In this document: piece after piece, positions 10,701-19,742 of the stretch
Numbering within the stretch: the first letter of the stretch is position 1
Layout: each line of letters opens with the position of its first letter
Source: Bdellovibrionales bacterium
GTDB lineage: Bacteria > Bdellovibrionota > Bdellovibrionia > Bdellovibrionales > UBA1609
Length of the DNA: 64,000 nucleotides
Direction: 5' to 3'
Assembly: GCA_050249195.1 (NCBI GenBank)
Contig: JBFWQY010000013.1
Coordinates: forward strand, 24,293-88,292
Program-made: the position numbers and the translations under genes
Notes under the pieces: generated by a model
The model's database searches: none
What the model was told of the DNA's origin: nothing
The model's input: only the letters and a program-made list of their open reading frames with translations

Positions 10701-10891
10701 GAGACAAGGGTTTCAACTTCTTCGGGTCCAGCTCCAGGGTAAAGAGTACTTACTGAAACAATAGGAAATGTGATGTTTGGAAACAAATCTACCGACATGC
10801 TTCTTAGAGACATATAACCAAGAGCCAGAAGAATAATGGCGAGCGCTGTAACAAAAACGGGCCTTTTTATGGAAATATCTGCTGGGCTCAT
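7697..10891 (-). CDS. RND efflux transporter, AcrB/AcrD/AcrF family
   Basis: 1064 aa with 12-TM, two-large-loop architecture. N-terminus SIKRPVFVTALAIILLALGYMSL. Typical AcrB-like sequence throughout. Confidence 0.95.
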   Translation of the reverse strand: MSPADISIKRPVFVTALAIILLALGYMSLRSMSVDLFPNITFPIVSVSTLYPGAGPEEVETLVSRVLEEEMSTVTGIKTLRSTNSEGLSMVIAEFTLETDIKYAEQQIRDRVSSAKRKLPKDIEEPVIRRIDPADQPIVILALTAKLPEAELFDLADKTVKPKIEQVNQVGLVEIIGGREREIHVELDRKKLKSYEVSASTVVNRISAAGQNIPAGKVDEAKTETVFRTLGEFKNVKDISSVIVSFLGNDVPVTVADVGQVVDTVQDEKSRAYTNGERSVFMMVFRQSGANTIAVADAVKARVEKLNSELNGGKVTVVRDGSKMIRANVADVYEAIIIGIILTIIVVYFFLGSGRSTFITGLALPTSLIGAFFLMSTAGFTINVMSLLALSLAVGLLIDDAIVVRENIFRHTELGKEPIRAASEGTKEVLLAVIATTLAVVAVFAPIGFLKGVVGQFFKEFGLTVCFAMAISLFDAVTMAPMLSAYFAGTTHGPKDSKGFWGKTMGRLVGGFDRFQTWLENRYEEILGWTLKNPLLVIGTSLIIFVGSLWIIKFIPKTFLPAQDMGEFSVSLDMPPGTSLNAMSEVAVEVDKIMRANPEVADSVMIIGGRTGEANKAQFFVTMVPSDQRKINTSDFKDKVREQLKPFSQARPIVKDIDMVMGGQRPFNLNIIGTDLAQIEEISNKVYEKLKDHPALKDVDITYRPGKPEFQVVPDKVRAERLGVATTIIGQELRTQIEGTVAAVFREKGEEYDIRVRLEENQRNLKQAFGDTYVPNVNQSLVRLSSVAQPVETTGPANITRQDRGRYIQIAADVAPKGPGMGAVMTDIQQMFANDIKLPPGMKYAFVGQAENFQELVSSMIAAALLGILFIYLVLASLYESFVTPFTIMLVLPLAACGAFFGLLVAGESLNIFSMIGCIMLLGVATKNSILLVDYTNQMLKEGMDYSKAVIAAGKVRLRPILMTTFALIAGMLPIAIGLNEASKQRTGMGVAVIGGLISSTLLTLLVVPAAFSYMERYRVWSLGLVLRLVGNKSKSGGHQVVTNGSHKVPAPEIVEVVNETNRV

Positions 10892-12321
10892 CGGCCACCT
10901 CCAAATGTCTTAAGTTGCGCAAAAATATTTAACACTTCCGCTTGGGCGCGAATGCGAGCGAGCTGTGAACTGGCGAAATCTTGCTCGAATAAGATGACCT
11001 GATAGGTCGTAGTGCGTCCGCGCTTGTGACGATTTCGTTCATGATCAAGCTTTGTTCTCTGGGCAGACTCAATTTGGCGTGCAAGATCCAGCCTCTGGCG
11101 CGCTTCAGAGAATTTTTTATTGAGATCATTCCACAGACGCTGCTCTTCAAATAATTTTTGCTGATAAACCATCTGGGCGGCTCTAGATTCACTTTCATAT
11201 GCACGACGGTCATCGCTGAGCTGCCCTATATCAAGTGGCATATTAAAGCGTATTCCAACAGTACTATGTGGGTGCTTGTCTGTAAAAGACTCCGACATCG
11301 ACTCATCGGATTTCGGATCACGTCCGTTAAGACCAACATTGACGTAAGCATCTAAAGTGGGTTTATTTCGCTGCCTCGCAAGCTCTGCGTTGGCTTGTGC
11401 GGCAATCTGCTCTTGCTCCGCTGCCTTAACGTCCTCTCGAACTCCTTTTTTATCAGGAGTCTTGAGATTTTTAATTGTATTCTCATCAAATCCATTCAAA
11501 TTTTCAGAGACGAAATCGGACTCAAGGCCTCGTGTAGTATTGAATGCGCGGCTTGCTGCCTTCTCTTCATCTGTAGCAGATTGCATCTCAAGTCTACGTG
11601 ATAACAATGCCGCTTCAGCCTGAAGAAAATCCGCCTTGTCGGCGAGATCCAACTTTGTGCGACCAGAACTCCAGCTTCGTATTCTTTCCGCACGCTCCAG
11701 ATTTTCTTTGGCCGCCGCTAAGGCTTCACGGGCTAAAGCCAGGCGCCAATAAAGAGATTCCGCTTCAGCACCAATAGATGTCTGGCGGAAACTCGCTAAA
11801 TATTTCGCTGACAGCGCCTGGGCTTCTTGCAGTTTCTGCGTCGCTCGAATTTCTCCACCGAACCCATTTTTACCAAAGGACTGTGTTAACTCTAAGTATG
11901 GACCCGTAGTAAAAAAATGGGGTTCGGCCAGAAACGAGGGATTTGCGCCGTTTACAGTCGTATCGTTGTAATTGTAAGAAAGCTTTGCCGAAAGACCAAA
12001 TCGTGTTTGCTGACTCACACCCAAACTATAAGTATCAACGGTTGTTTCATTTCCCTGCAGAGTCGGAGAACTCACTTCTCGTTCATCCTTAAACCGTTGA
12101 GCTGATCCGAATAGTGAAGGGGAGGTTAGAAGCGTCCACTCTTCCTTTCTCAATTCAGCGGCTTCTTCGCTTATTTCGGCACCTTTGTATATTCCGTTTT
12201 TAGCACCCACCTGCTTCAGGTAGTCATCAAGACTCAGCTTTGTTGCTACGGAATCTTGAGCCCATGCTGGGCAGAATACAAAAACGCCGGAAATTACAGC
12301 CAACCATCTATTCATTTTCAT
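10888..12321 (-). CDS. TolC-family outer membrane factor
   Basis: 477 aa with a signal peptide (VFVFCPAWAQD) and OEP repeats. 4-nt start/stop overlaps with both neighbours. Confidence 0.85.
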   Translation of the reverse strand: MKMNRWLAVISGVFVFCPAWAQDSVATKLSLDDYLKQVGAKNGIYKGAEISEEAAELRKEEWTLLTSPSLFGSAQRFKDEREVSSPTLQGNETTVDTYSLGVSQQTRFGLSAKLSYNYNDTTVNGANPSFLAEPHFFTTGPYLELTQSFGKNGFGGEIRATQKLQEAQALSAKYLASFRQTSIGAEAESLYWRLALAREALAAAKENLERAERIRSWSSGRTKLDLADKADFLQAEAALLSRRLEMQSATDEEKAASRAFNTTRGLESDFVSENLNGFDENTIKNLKTPDKKGVREDVKAAEQEQIAAQANAELARQRNKPTLDAYVNVGLNGRDPKSDESMSESFTDKHPHSTVGIRFNMPLDIGQLSDDRRAYESESRAAQMVYQQKLFEEQRLWNDLNKKFSEARQRLDLARQIESAQRTKLDHERNRHKRGRTTTYQVILFEQDFASSQLARIRAQAEVLNIFAQLKTFGGGR

Positions 12322-13022
12322 TTTGAATTCTCCTTAGGCTCTAAACCTCTGGCCGATAAGCCTTCAAGAAAAATAGGAAGTATTTGTTCCTCAAGCTTTT
12401 TACGGACAGCGGGCATTTGGACTGAAAAATTAAATAATTTTTCGTTTAAACTGTTCAATCGTCCCAATTGATTCAGACTCCCTATAAAAAGGGATGCCGC
12501 AATAAAAGGTTCTATGTCTTTTCGAATCAGCCCCTTTTTTGCGGCAGACTCGAAGAATTTCAGGAGACACTCAAAGACTTTTAGAAACGTTTGCGTGAAA
12601 ATATCTCTGGCAACAGGTAGACCTAATTCGCACTCTCGATGAATGATCGCAGTCAGTTCAGGTTCATCCGTATAGCAAACGAGCATTTGTTCTATGAACA
12701 TCTGAAGTCTGACTCGAACCTCCTCAGCGTTTTCGGCTGGATGCAATATCCTCTCCGCCAGTTCTAGATTTTCCCGGCCAAATCTGTCTAAACAGGCTTG
12801 GTACAAGCCTTCTTTACCGTTGAAGTAATAACTGACTAAACTAATGTTTACCTTAGCTAGTTCAGAAATTTCCCTAACGGAAGTTCCTGCATAGCCATGA
12901 GAGGCAAACAGCTTAATAGCAGCAGAAATCAAAAGTTGTTTTGTTGTCTCGTGCGCAGCCCCCGACGGGTGATCGGACTTCGCTTCTTCCTTTTTAGCAT
13001 TTCGAACCTTCACTTTTCCCAT
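12318..13022 (-). CDS. TetR-family transcriptional regulator
   Basis: HTH LLISAAIKLFASHGYAGTSVREISELAKVNISLVSYYFNGKEGLY. Confidence 0.9.
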   Translation of the reverse strand: MGKVKVRNAKKEEAKSDHPSGAAHETTKQLLISAAIKLFASHGYAGTSVREISELAKVNISLVSYYFNGKEGLYQACLDRFGRENLELAERILHPAENAEEVRVRLQMFIEQMLVCYTDEPELTAIIHRECELGLPVARDIFTQTFLKVFECLLKFFESAAKKGLIRKDIEPFIAASLFIGSLNQLGRLNSLNEKLFNFSVQMPAVRKKLEEQILPIFLEGLSARGLEPKENSK

Positions 13023-13055
13023 GATTTTCTCATCTCTCAGATAAAAATATCGGTC

Positions 13056-13068
13056 ATATTGACAATAT
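13056..13068. promoter_or_regulatory. Perfect 13-bp palindrome ATATTGACAATAT in the TetR/OMP divergent intergenic region (candidate TetR operator overlapping a -35)
   Basis: Read directly from the sequence. TTGACA at 13059-13064 is followed 16 nt later by TAATAT at 13081-13086 on the plus strand. The reverse reading gives TTGTCA for the TetR operon. Confidence 0.4.
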
Positions 13069-13168
13069 CCTTAATTAATATAATATAAAAATTCAAATTT
13101 TTGTTTAAAAAATTACGCTGGCGCACAATGGCGTATTTTGTTGAGACAATGGCGGGCACAGTTGGGGA

Positions 13169-14155
13169 ATGACGAGAAGTTTAAAGCACGTATGTTTTAC
13201 TAAAAAATTCCGAACTTTAATCTTCAGTTTGCTATTTGCGTCTGGGACATTTTTAGCTGGCCCAGTTTTTGGCCAAGAAATGAACATGTTTCCTGGTTCG
13301 GCAGGAAAACTGACGTTGTCACTGGACCAGACCTATCTTGAGGCACGAGAAAACGCTGACCCAAAGTTCGAAGAGCAAAGGGGATCGCTTAATCTCCCCA
13401 TTTGGGATGGCGTCGATTCTTCCTTGGCAATGATTTTGCGTGGCCAACGCACCAGCTTCGGTCAGCGCGTTTACTTTCCAGAAAAAGGAGTTGAACTACC
13501 TGAAGAGTTTGGTGCCGCTGATATTGGCTTGGCGTGGAGCCGCGAAACTCTCTCTGGCGACCAACTCTCAGCTTCAGCAACATATGGTCATGCTGGAACA
13601 AAGCTGCTAGACAATGGTCATTCAGCGATTGTAAGCGCCAACTTTTTTTATGAAGACAGGGGGCCAACCTCGTCCTGCCTTTATTTTGTCAATTACTCAA
13701 ACAACCGGCCCTACTTAAACAATATCCCGATTCCAGGGGTGGCGTACATGAGCCGAGGCAAGTCACATACATGGATATTCGGCTTACCGTTTATTTTTCT
13801 TTCATGGAGGCCCTCGCTCTTTAGTTTGACAACCTCGATTTCACCATTTGGTGCTTTAATCGAACCTGCATTCCGAATTTACGGCCCGCTTCAAATTTTT
13901 GGCAATCTCTCTTGGTCTCCAAGGTCATATCAAGGTGTCGTAAAGCATGGCGATGATCGTCTGATTGCAGATAAGAAGGAGGTCGGCGGAGGTTTGCGTA
14001 TGAGTTTTTCCAAGGATGCAAGCTTATCGTTGGGATATATTTATGCCTTCGATCGCCGGCTTCTGGTCGCGCGCTCGTTGACCGACGACGCCGCCGAGTC
14101 AATCAACGTCAGAGATTCAGGTGGATTTCAGATCAAAGGAAGATTGTCGTATTAA
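13169..14155 (+). CDS. Secreted protein, probable outer-membrane beta-barrel (function unknown)
   Basis: 328 aa. Signal-peptide-like N-terminus (LIFSLLFASGTFLAGPVFGQE). Alternating beta-like pattern. C-terminus ends in ...GRLSY, the aromatic terminal residue typical of OMPs. Confidence 0.5.
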   Translation: MTRSLKHVCFTKKFRTLIFSLLFASGTFLAGPVFGQEMNMFPGSAGKLTLSLDQTYLEARENADPKFEEQRGSLNLPIWDGVDSSLAMILRGQRTSFGQRVYFPEKGVELPEEFGAADIGLAWSRETLSGDQLSASATYGHAGTKLLDNGHSAIVSANFFYEDRGPTSSCLYFVNYSNNRPYLNNIPIPGVAYMSRGKSHTWIFGLPFIFLSWRPSLFSLTTSISPFGALIEPAFRIYGPLQIFGNLSWSPRSYQGVVKHGDDRLIADKKEVGGGLRMSFSKDASLSLGYIYAFDRRLLVARSLTDDAAESINVRDSGGFQIKGRLSY

Positions 14156-14406
14156 CAATATGTTTATATACAGTTGAGTATCAGTGCTTGATCGCGCAGT
14201 AAATAAACATTTATGAGTAGTTTAAACAACATGTTGATTTTATAGAAATCTGCCAAGCGTCCTTGTGGACCAAAACCCAGCAGTAGGTTTTCAGGCGAAC
14301 TTCTTTTTTGTTAGCTCACTGGTCAAAACATGAAGAGATGAAATTCTGTCGAAGAAAACAGAGGGCAGGAAAAAAGGAAAAAATGTAAGAGCTGCAACTT
14401 ATTGAT

Positions 14407-15174
14407 CTAACTATCAACTCCACGAACGACTGAGACTGCTAAGTAATATTGGCAGTAATCACAATCCTGAGAATAGCTGGGAATTTCTTTACTTTGAAGA
14501 CACTTGTATGCGGCCATAATGGTATCAGACACCCATCCGTCATTGCCTTTGTATGGAATAATGGACACATCGAATTCCAATCGTTTATCGAAGCGAAGAT
14601 GATCTGTTCTGCCATTGCAGTAAACAAAGTAGGCAGTATCTAGGACTAGAAAACCATTTTTCCTGAACAACCATTGGTAAATCTCTGCCTGTCTCTTATA
14701 ACCGATTTGCCAATCAGCATCCAAGGTCACTGGTTCAGCTTTAGAGGTAGCTTTATAGTCTACAATGATCAGTGATTTTGTTTCTGAGCAAATCCAGATG
14801 TCGTCTACACCGCCCGTTATTACGAAGCTTGTCTGAGGAACAGCGTATCGGATACCCCCGTGAAGGGAGTCACGCCATCTGTTCATCTCTGGATGAGCAA
14901 AGGGAATCGCATTAACTTGGTGGTCGAAAAACAAAGGATGAGGTTGCTGTAGCCCTCGATAGTGATCGAATTCTTTTTTCAAAAGAGCATCAACGGCGGT
15001 ATTTAAAGTAAACGGATAGCTTGGGGGATGTCCAACACCAAGGCGTCGATCAACATAAAAACAACGCGGGCACTTGAGGAAAAGATCGAGTTTACTACGA
15101 CTGACTGTGAATGGAGTGGCGGACTTTGGATCATAGAGATTACGGGTTCGCTGTGATCGGTAGTATTTGCTCAC
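14407..15174 (-). CDS. PD-(D/E)XK nuclease, Cas4/RecB-like with Cys cluster
   Basis: 255 aa. N-terminal SRSKLDLFLKCPRCFY. Core GGVDDIW...LIIVDYKATSK (D...D/E-x-K). QAEIYQW (QxxxY). C-terminal Cys (CLQ...CDYCQY), consistent with an Fe-S Cas4-like fold. Lies 22 nt downstream of the GHKL gene. Confidence 0.75.
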   Translation of the reverse strand: MSKYYRSQRTRNLYDPKSATPFTVSRSKLDLFLKCPRCFYVDRRLGVGHPPSYPFTLNTAVDALLKKEFDHYRGLQQPHPLFFDHQVNAIPFAHPEMNRWRDSLHGGIRYAVPQTSFVITGGVDDIWICSETKSLIIVDYKATSKAEPVTLDADWQIGYKRQAEIYQWLFRKNGFLVLDTAYFVYCNGRTDHLRFDKRLEFDVSIIPYKGNDGWVSDTIMAAYKCLQSKEIPSYSQDCDYCQYYLAVSVVRGVDS

Positions 15175-15196
15175 AATGAAGCCCTACTATGCCAGT

Positions 15197-17095
15197 TCAA
15201 GACTTACTCTCGCTCTCCATTTGACCCAGAAAATCTTCTAAGCAGCGGCCCCAGTCTTCTCTCATTCGGTGTAGACGCCGTTTCTCTTCGCTGTCGCTTT
15301 GAGTTTGTGTTTCCACTTTTGCCCACGCCTCTAACATTAACATTATGGTAGTTTTGGTTTCCTTAAGGCGCTGTTTGAGTTCATCAACATTGTCAACAGC
15401 CTCATCCCCAATGCTACTTAAAAGCATTGGATAAACGGGATGATCTTTATTCAGCTCAATTATTTTTGCATCTACTACGCTTCGAACATTAAAGAAAGAT
15501 GACCCCAAGCCAGATTTAGAAACGATTGCATAGGACAATCCACGTTCCACGATTCGTGCAGCCAATTGTTCAGCGTCTCTTTGCGGAACGCCGCCGACAG
15601 TAATTAGATCTTCTATCAGCTCTTTTCGCCGTTTCTCTTTGTCAGTATCAGATGTAGATGCTTCCCCTTTTGTCGACTTGTCGGCCTTTGTCGCCACATT
15701 CTCAGCCGTACTTTCTGGAGTTGGAGATTCCCCCTTCTTTGTCTTAGATCCTGGCTCTCGCGTGTCTACCTCGATTACACGGCTTTTTTCATGTTCGTCT
15801 TTTGTATCATCCCAAACTTTTTGCATCAGCCATGCAAGCTCTAAGCAGACGGCCAAATGAGGATCTTCGGTATGTAATCTGCGAATGCATTCGTCTGTTG
15901 ATTCTTTATCCTCCTTATAGTCGCTTTGACTTTGTCTTAAGACCTGATCCAGACGCGTATATCCTTGTTTGTTGTTGGTCATGCCTAGAATTGCATCGAG
16001 TTCTTGAGGAATATCAAATTCCACTCCAAACCATCTCTCTTGTGGCTTGTTGTGTTCAACTAGAGCCAAACTTAACTCTACCTCACGACCCTCCCTCATG
16101 ATTGATAAGCCTGTATTTCTGGCGGCATGTTCTCCGTGTGGCAATTTACCTGCCTTAACACCATTCAAAGTCGCATTCGTATTTTTCTTTGCTACAGATC
16201 TTCGATAGGTAACACGCACCTTACTGGTGGTGTTGTCTGGTAATTTTATTTTTAGATCAATGCCGTTATCATTTCCCGTTATATCCTCGAACAGTGGGTC
16301 GTCAGGGGGCCATAGCGTCCCATCCTCAACTTCTTTTTTCGGAATATTACAACCAGGAATTATATAGAGAGGATCGTTTGGGGTTATGTTTACTTTCTCA
16401 ATCTCTTTAAAAGACTCATTTATCACAAATACCGAAATTGTTAGTTCGGGCTTCTTGCCGCCTAACATTTTTCGATAAATTCTTCCGACATGAAATTCGA
16501 GGTTGGGAATAAGGCCCGATCTTTCGCCCCATCTCGCTCGTGACCAAGTAATCCCGTCTAAGGCTTCCCATAAAATAAAGGTTCCGTGCGGTTCTTTTTC
16601 TAAGTCCGCAGCCTTGAGCCATTTGCCATCAGGGGATTCTTTCCATGAGGGCAGAACATTTGCTCCCTTTTCAATCCAATCATGATCTTCAATATTCACC
16701 AAATTGCCGTAGGCATTTCCGAACCCTTTTGATGTCCAACTCCAAACAGAAAATTTATTGCATTGTGAGATTGAAGCCTTTGGCAAACCAACGCCATATT
16801 TTCCTAGTTTTCTTCTGCTTGGAGTTCCTTTACTGTATTGGCGGTTAAGATACTCACCACTTTTCTCGCACACCGCCGCTTGAAGTATCGTGGGCTCCAT
16901 ACCATTTCCATTGTCGAGTACTCCTATTTTTTGAAGTCGATTTTCTCGATCAACCATCAGGACTATTGCAATTTTTGTTGCGGTAGCCTCAAATGAATTA
17001 TCTATGAGTTCTGCCAACGCATGGACAGTAGTTTTGTATCCTGCGTTTTTTTCGAATGAATGTTTGCTAATTGAAAAATATGGTCTTGCTTTCAT
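15197..17095 (-). CDS. GHKL (Bergerat-fold, HATPase_c_3/MORC-like) ATPase
   Basis: N-box HALAELIDNSFEA, G1 box GVLDNGNGM, G2 box GKYGVGLPKAS. Start refined to the ATG at 17095, which has a GGAGGAG RBS and a TGATG overlap with the helicase stop. My recollection is that this domain type belongs to the SspFGH module, but I cannot assign the letter. Confidence 0.8.
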   Translation of the reverse strand: MKARPYFSISKHSFEKNAGYKTTVHALAELIDNSFEATATKIAIVLMVDRENRLQKIGVLDNGNGMEPTILQAAVCEKSGEYLNRQYSKGTPSRRKLGKYGVGLPKASISQCNKFSVWSWTSKGFGNAYGNLVNIEDHDWIEKGANVLPSWKESPDGKWLKAADLEKEPHGTFILWEALDGITWSRARWGERSGLIPNLEFHVGRIYRKMLGGKKPELTISVFVINESFKEIEKVNITPNDPLYIIPGCNIPKKEVEDGTLWPPDDPLFEDITGNDNGIDLKIKLPDNTTSKVRVTYRRSVAKKNTNATLNGVKAGKLPHGEHAARNTGLSIMREGREVELSLALVEHNKPQERWFGVEFDIPQELDAILGMTNNKQGYTRLDQVLRQSQSDYKEDKESTDECIRRLHTEDPHLAVCLELAWLMQKVWDDTKDEHEKSRVIEVDTREPGSKTKKGESPTPESTAENVATKADKSTKGEASTSDTDKEKRRKELIEDLITVGGVPQRDAEQLAARIVERGLSYAIVSKSGLGSSFFNVRSVVDAKIIELNKDHPVYPMLLSSIGDEAVDNVDELKQRLKETKTTIMLMLEAWAKVETQTQSDSEEKRRLHRMREDWGRCLEDFLGQMESESKS

Positions 17096-18768
17096 CACTC
17101 CTCCGCTGAGTTTTTCCAAGAATCGTCAAACGCATGAAATTGACGTATTGTCTCTACCAATTCTGGAACTTGTGTATCTACGACGGTTACCAGAAGGGCT
17201 TCTTTGTTACCTTTAACTTTTGGCCCTCGAATAGCTCTCCCTGCCATCTGATTTAATAAAACAATGGAAGTCGTGGGCCTTGCTACAACGACGGCGGATG
17301 TTTTTGGAGCATCAAAGCCTGTTGTTAAGACGCCAAAATTAGTTAGAACAAAAGGTGTTTCGGTCGTTTTTTTATATTCCGATATACATTGCGAACGAAT
17401 ATATGAAGGCGTTTGATTTGTAATAGACGCAGATTGAATACCTCTTGCTTGAAGAATGTTTGCAATAACAATTGATGCCTCTACTGACGCCGCAAAAACA
17501 ATGACACGTTTGTGTCCCTCATCTAATACGAGTTTTTCCACCCTATTCACAACTTGCAGGTTACGAGTCGCATTTAATCCAAATGCACGTAAGAGGTGTT
17601 CGGGTAAATCCAAAGATGTTTCAAGACTAGTCTGAAGCTCCGCAAGTTGGGGTTTCGTCAATGTGGCACTCGCAATAGGGAGCTGCTCCTTTTTTAATTT
17701 TGCAAGATACTCCATTGCCACAAGTGCATCGACAGGGGAGTCGAAACCCGGAATTTCAAGCAGTACCTTCTGCCCTGCGAACATCTGCACTAACTTGTTA
17801 TCGTCGGTAACCTCACCACCATAGTGACGGCGACCAGGAGTTGCTGAAAGACCCAGGAGGGCGGTAGATTTATCCGTAATGCTATTTATTGTCTCAGAAT
17901 AAGTTTTTGCCACCGATCGATGAGCCTCATCAAAAACGACAAGACAAATATTCTTTCGTCGTCCAATTCTTTGTGAGGGCTCCCAGCTCATTACAATATT
18001 TCTGACTGAATCCACGCTGCCAATTATCATGGCGTCAGTAAGCGTCTCCGGCCACTTGTCGTTCGCAAACTGTTGAATCATGTGAGCTGGAATACTCGGA
18101 TCACCTACCTCGCTCCACAATCGAACAATTGGAAGCTCCCTTCCGCCGAGACTTCGCCAAGCGCGCTCAAATTCTTCAGATGCTTGTTGGCATAATTCCT
18201 TTCCTGCAACCAACCAAACTACAACACCGGCTTCACGAGAATTCAGAATATTGGAAATGAGGTGCATTGCCGTGCGTGTCTTTCCAGATCCAGTCGGCAT
18301 GTGCAGCATTACTCGTGGCAAACTAGAGTGAAAAAAACTTTTACTTCGTTGCAGAGCTGAGTTTTGATGAGCGAACAACGAATACTCTGGACTTAGAATC
18401 TCGACTCTCGGAAGTCCGACTTCTTGCTCCGAGCGTTCTGGGGGAAGAGCACATCCAAAATATTCATAAATAATAGGTTTGCGTTCACTCGTGAGCTTAA
18501 AACTGTTTAGGGAGGAAATTCCCAAAGCGTTCATTAAAGTTGTTCGATCAGTTTTGTTCAGTGAAAGGAATAAAACTTTTCGCTTTTGAGCACTCTCTAA
18601 TAGAGCCTGCGGTCCCCCAACAACCTGTAGAATCAAATCACCACGCTCTACTTTGGCATCTCTAGATCGAGAGATTTCATTTACAAGTTCAACAATTTTT
18701 GCGTCCCCGATCAAATCTGACAGCGTACCATGATCAACAGAAGCAAGATGAGTTTTCAGGCGACTCAT
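17095..18768 (-). CDS. SF2 DEAH-box helicase (type III restriction res-subunit-like)
   Basis: Motif I MPTGSGKT, motif II VFDEAH, motif III SATP, motif VI QMAGRAIRG. ATGA overlap with the PLD gene. Confidence 0.9.
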   Translation of the reverse strand: MSRLKTHLASVDHGTLSDLIGDAKIVELVNEISRSRDAKVERGDLILQVVGGPQALLESAQKRKVLFLSLNKTDRTTLMNALGISSLNSFKLTSERKPIIYEYFGCALPPERSEQEVGLPRVEILSPEYSLFAHQNSALQRSKSFFHSSLPRVMLHMPTGSGKTRTAMHLISNILNSREAGVVVWLVAGKELCQQASEEFERAWRSLGGRELPIVRLWSEVGDPSIPAHMIQQFANDKWPETLTDAMIIGSVDSVRNIVMSWEPSQRIGRRKNICLVVFDEAHRSVAKTYSETINSITDKSTALLGLSATPGRRHYGGEVTDDNKLVQMFAGQKVLLEIPGFDSPVDALVAMEYLAKLKKEQLPIASATLTKPQLAELQTSLETSLDLPEHLLRAFGLNATRNLQVVNRVEKLVLDEGHKRVIVFAASVEASIVIANILQARGIQSASITNQTPSYIRSQCISEYKKTTETPFVLTNFGVLTTGFDAPKTSAVVVARPTTSIVLLNQMAGRAIRGPKVKGNKEALLVTVVDTQVPELVETIRQFHAFDDSWKNSAEE

Positions 18769-19742
18769 GACTTCTTCTTTGTTGAAATGATTTCGGAATG
18801 ATTCGGTCGCGTAACTTCAAACTTGTCTGGACCAAGCTCTACAAGCCAACTATATAGCACCTGCACATTGTCGGTTAGAGTTCGACGCGAAGGCACCGGA
18901 ACATCTGTACAGGTGTTTTGAACCCATTCTTTTATAGCTCCAAACCTTCGAGACTCCTGATCAATAAATTTGCAGAGAGCCGCAATGAATGGATGTTGAA
19001 AAAATCTGCTGCCCAGTTGCGCTTGAAATGCTTGATAGTCAAGGCTTTCAAGGTTTTCTAACTCATAGTTAGCAATGTCATGTCGAGCATTTGCGAGCAC
19101 TTCATCATCAAAGTTAGTTTCGCCTTTGAGCGCCTTAAACAATTGCTCAATAGAACGGCTCATAGGCAAAGCCGAAATTAGAAATGATTTTCTTGAGTCG
19201 AGAGAAGTGTCAAAGGTGAATTGAGCTTCGTCTACGAGATTTCGATGATCGAGAATTTCCTTACGGAACTTTTTGTATAGCTCTTCAAACTGAGCCGCAA
19301 TTTCGTCGGTAACAAGAGTTGCTTCCTTTCTGATTTTAGAAAGGTACACAAGATAGGGTTGAGGGGGATCATCGACTCGGACAAGGGTTTCGTAGTTTGC
19401 CTTCTTTGAAAGTCCTAAAGCTCGGCCCGTCAAATTTGCCGAACCTGTTAGAAGCCTTCGATAATCGGCGACAAAGGTCTTTAGGTGAATATCCTGGTTT
19501 AGAAAAAGAAAAATGCCGTTCTTTTTGCAGTATGGATAGATCGAAAGATCGGACGCGCCGAAAGCAATATCGGCAATTCTCCATGTTGTGACGATTGCGA
19601 CACGGGATTCAGCTTTCTTTGCCTTTAATATTTCGGTCAGGGGCTGACAGGAAATATAGGGGGAATAAAGCTCAATCGTGCTTTGAGAGGTTTGAACGAG
19701 GTCTGAGACCTCTCGGTGTAGATTCTCGAAAAGTAAATTCAT
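18765..19742 (-). CDS. PLD-family (single HKD motif, Nuc-like) nuclease
   Basis: Perfect HxK(x4)D(x6)GSxN motif: HLKTFVADYRRLLTGSANLT. First gene of the minus-strand operon. Confidence 0.85.
   Translation of the reverse strand: MNLLFENLHREVSDLVQTSQSTIELYSPYISCQPLTEILKAKKAESRVAIVTTWRIADIAFGASDLSIYPYCKKNGIFLFLNQDIHLKTFVADYRRLLTGSANLTGRALGLSKKANYETLVRVDDPPQPYLVYLSKIRKEATLVTDEIAAQFEELYKKFRKEILDHRNLVDEAQFTFDTSLDSRKSFLISALPMSRSIEQLFKALKGETNFDDEVLANARHDIANYELENLESLDYQAFQAQLGSRFFQHPFIAALCKFIDQESRRFGAIKEWVQNTCTDVPVPSRRTLTDNVQVLYSWLVELGPDKFEVTRPNHSEIISTKKKS

Noticed and set aside
791-12471. Many 60-134-aa ORFs antisense to the efflux, RND and TolC genes (for example 1158-1532, 3625-3960, 9447-9851, 10929-11213).
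   Set aside because: All are embedded opposite long, motif-supported genes. This is typical shadow-ORF composition.
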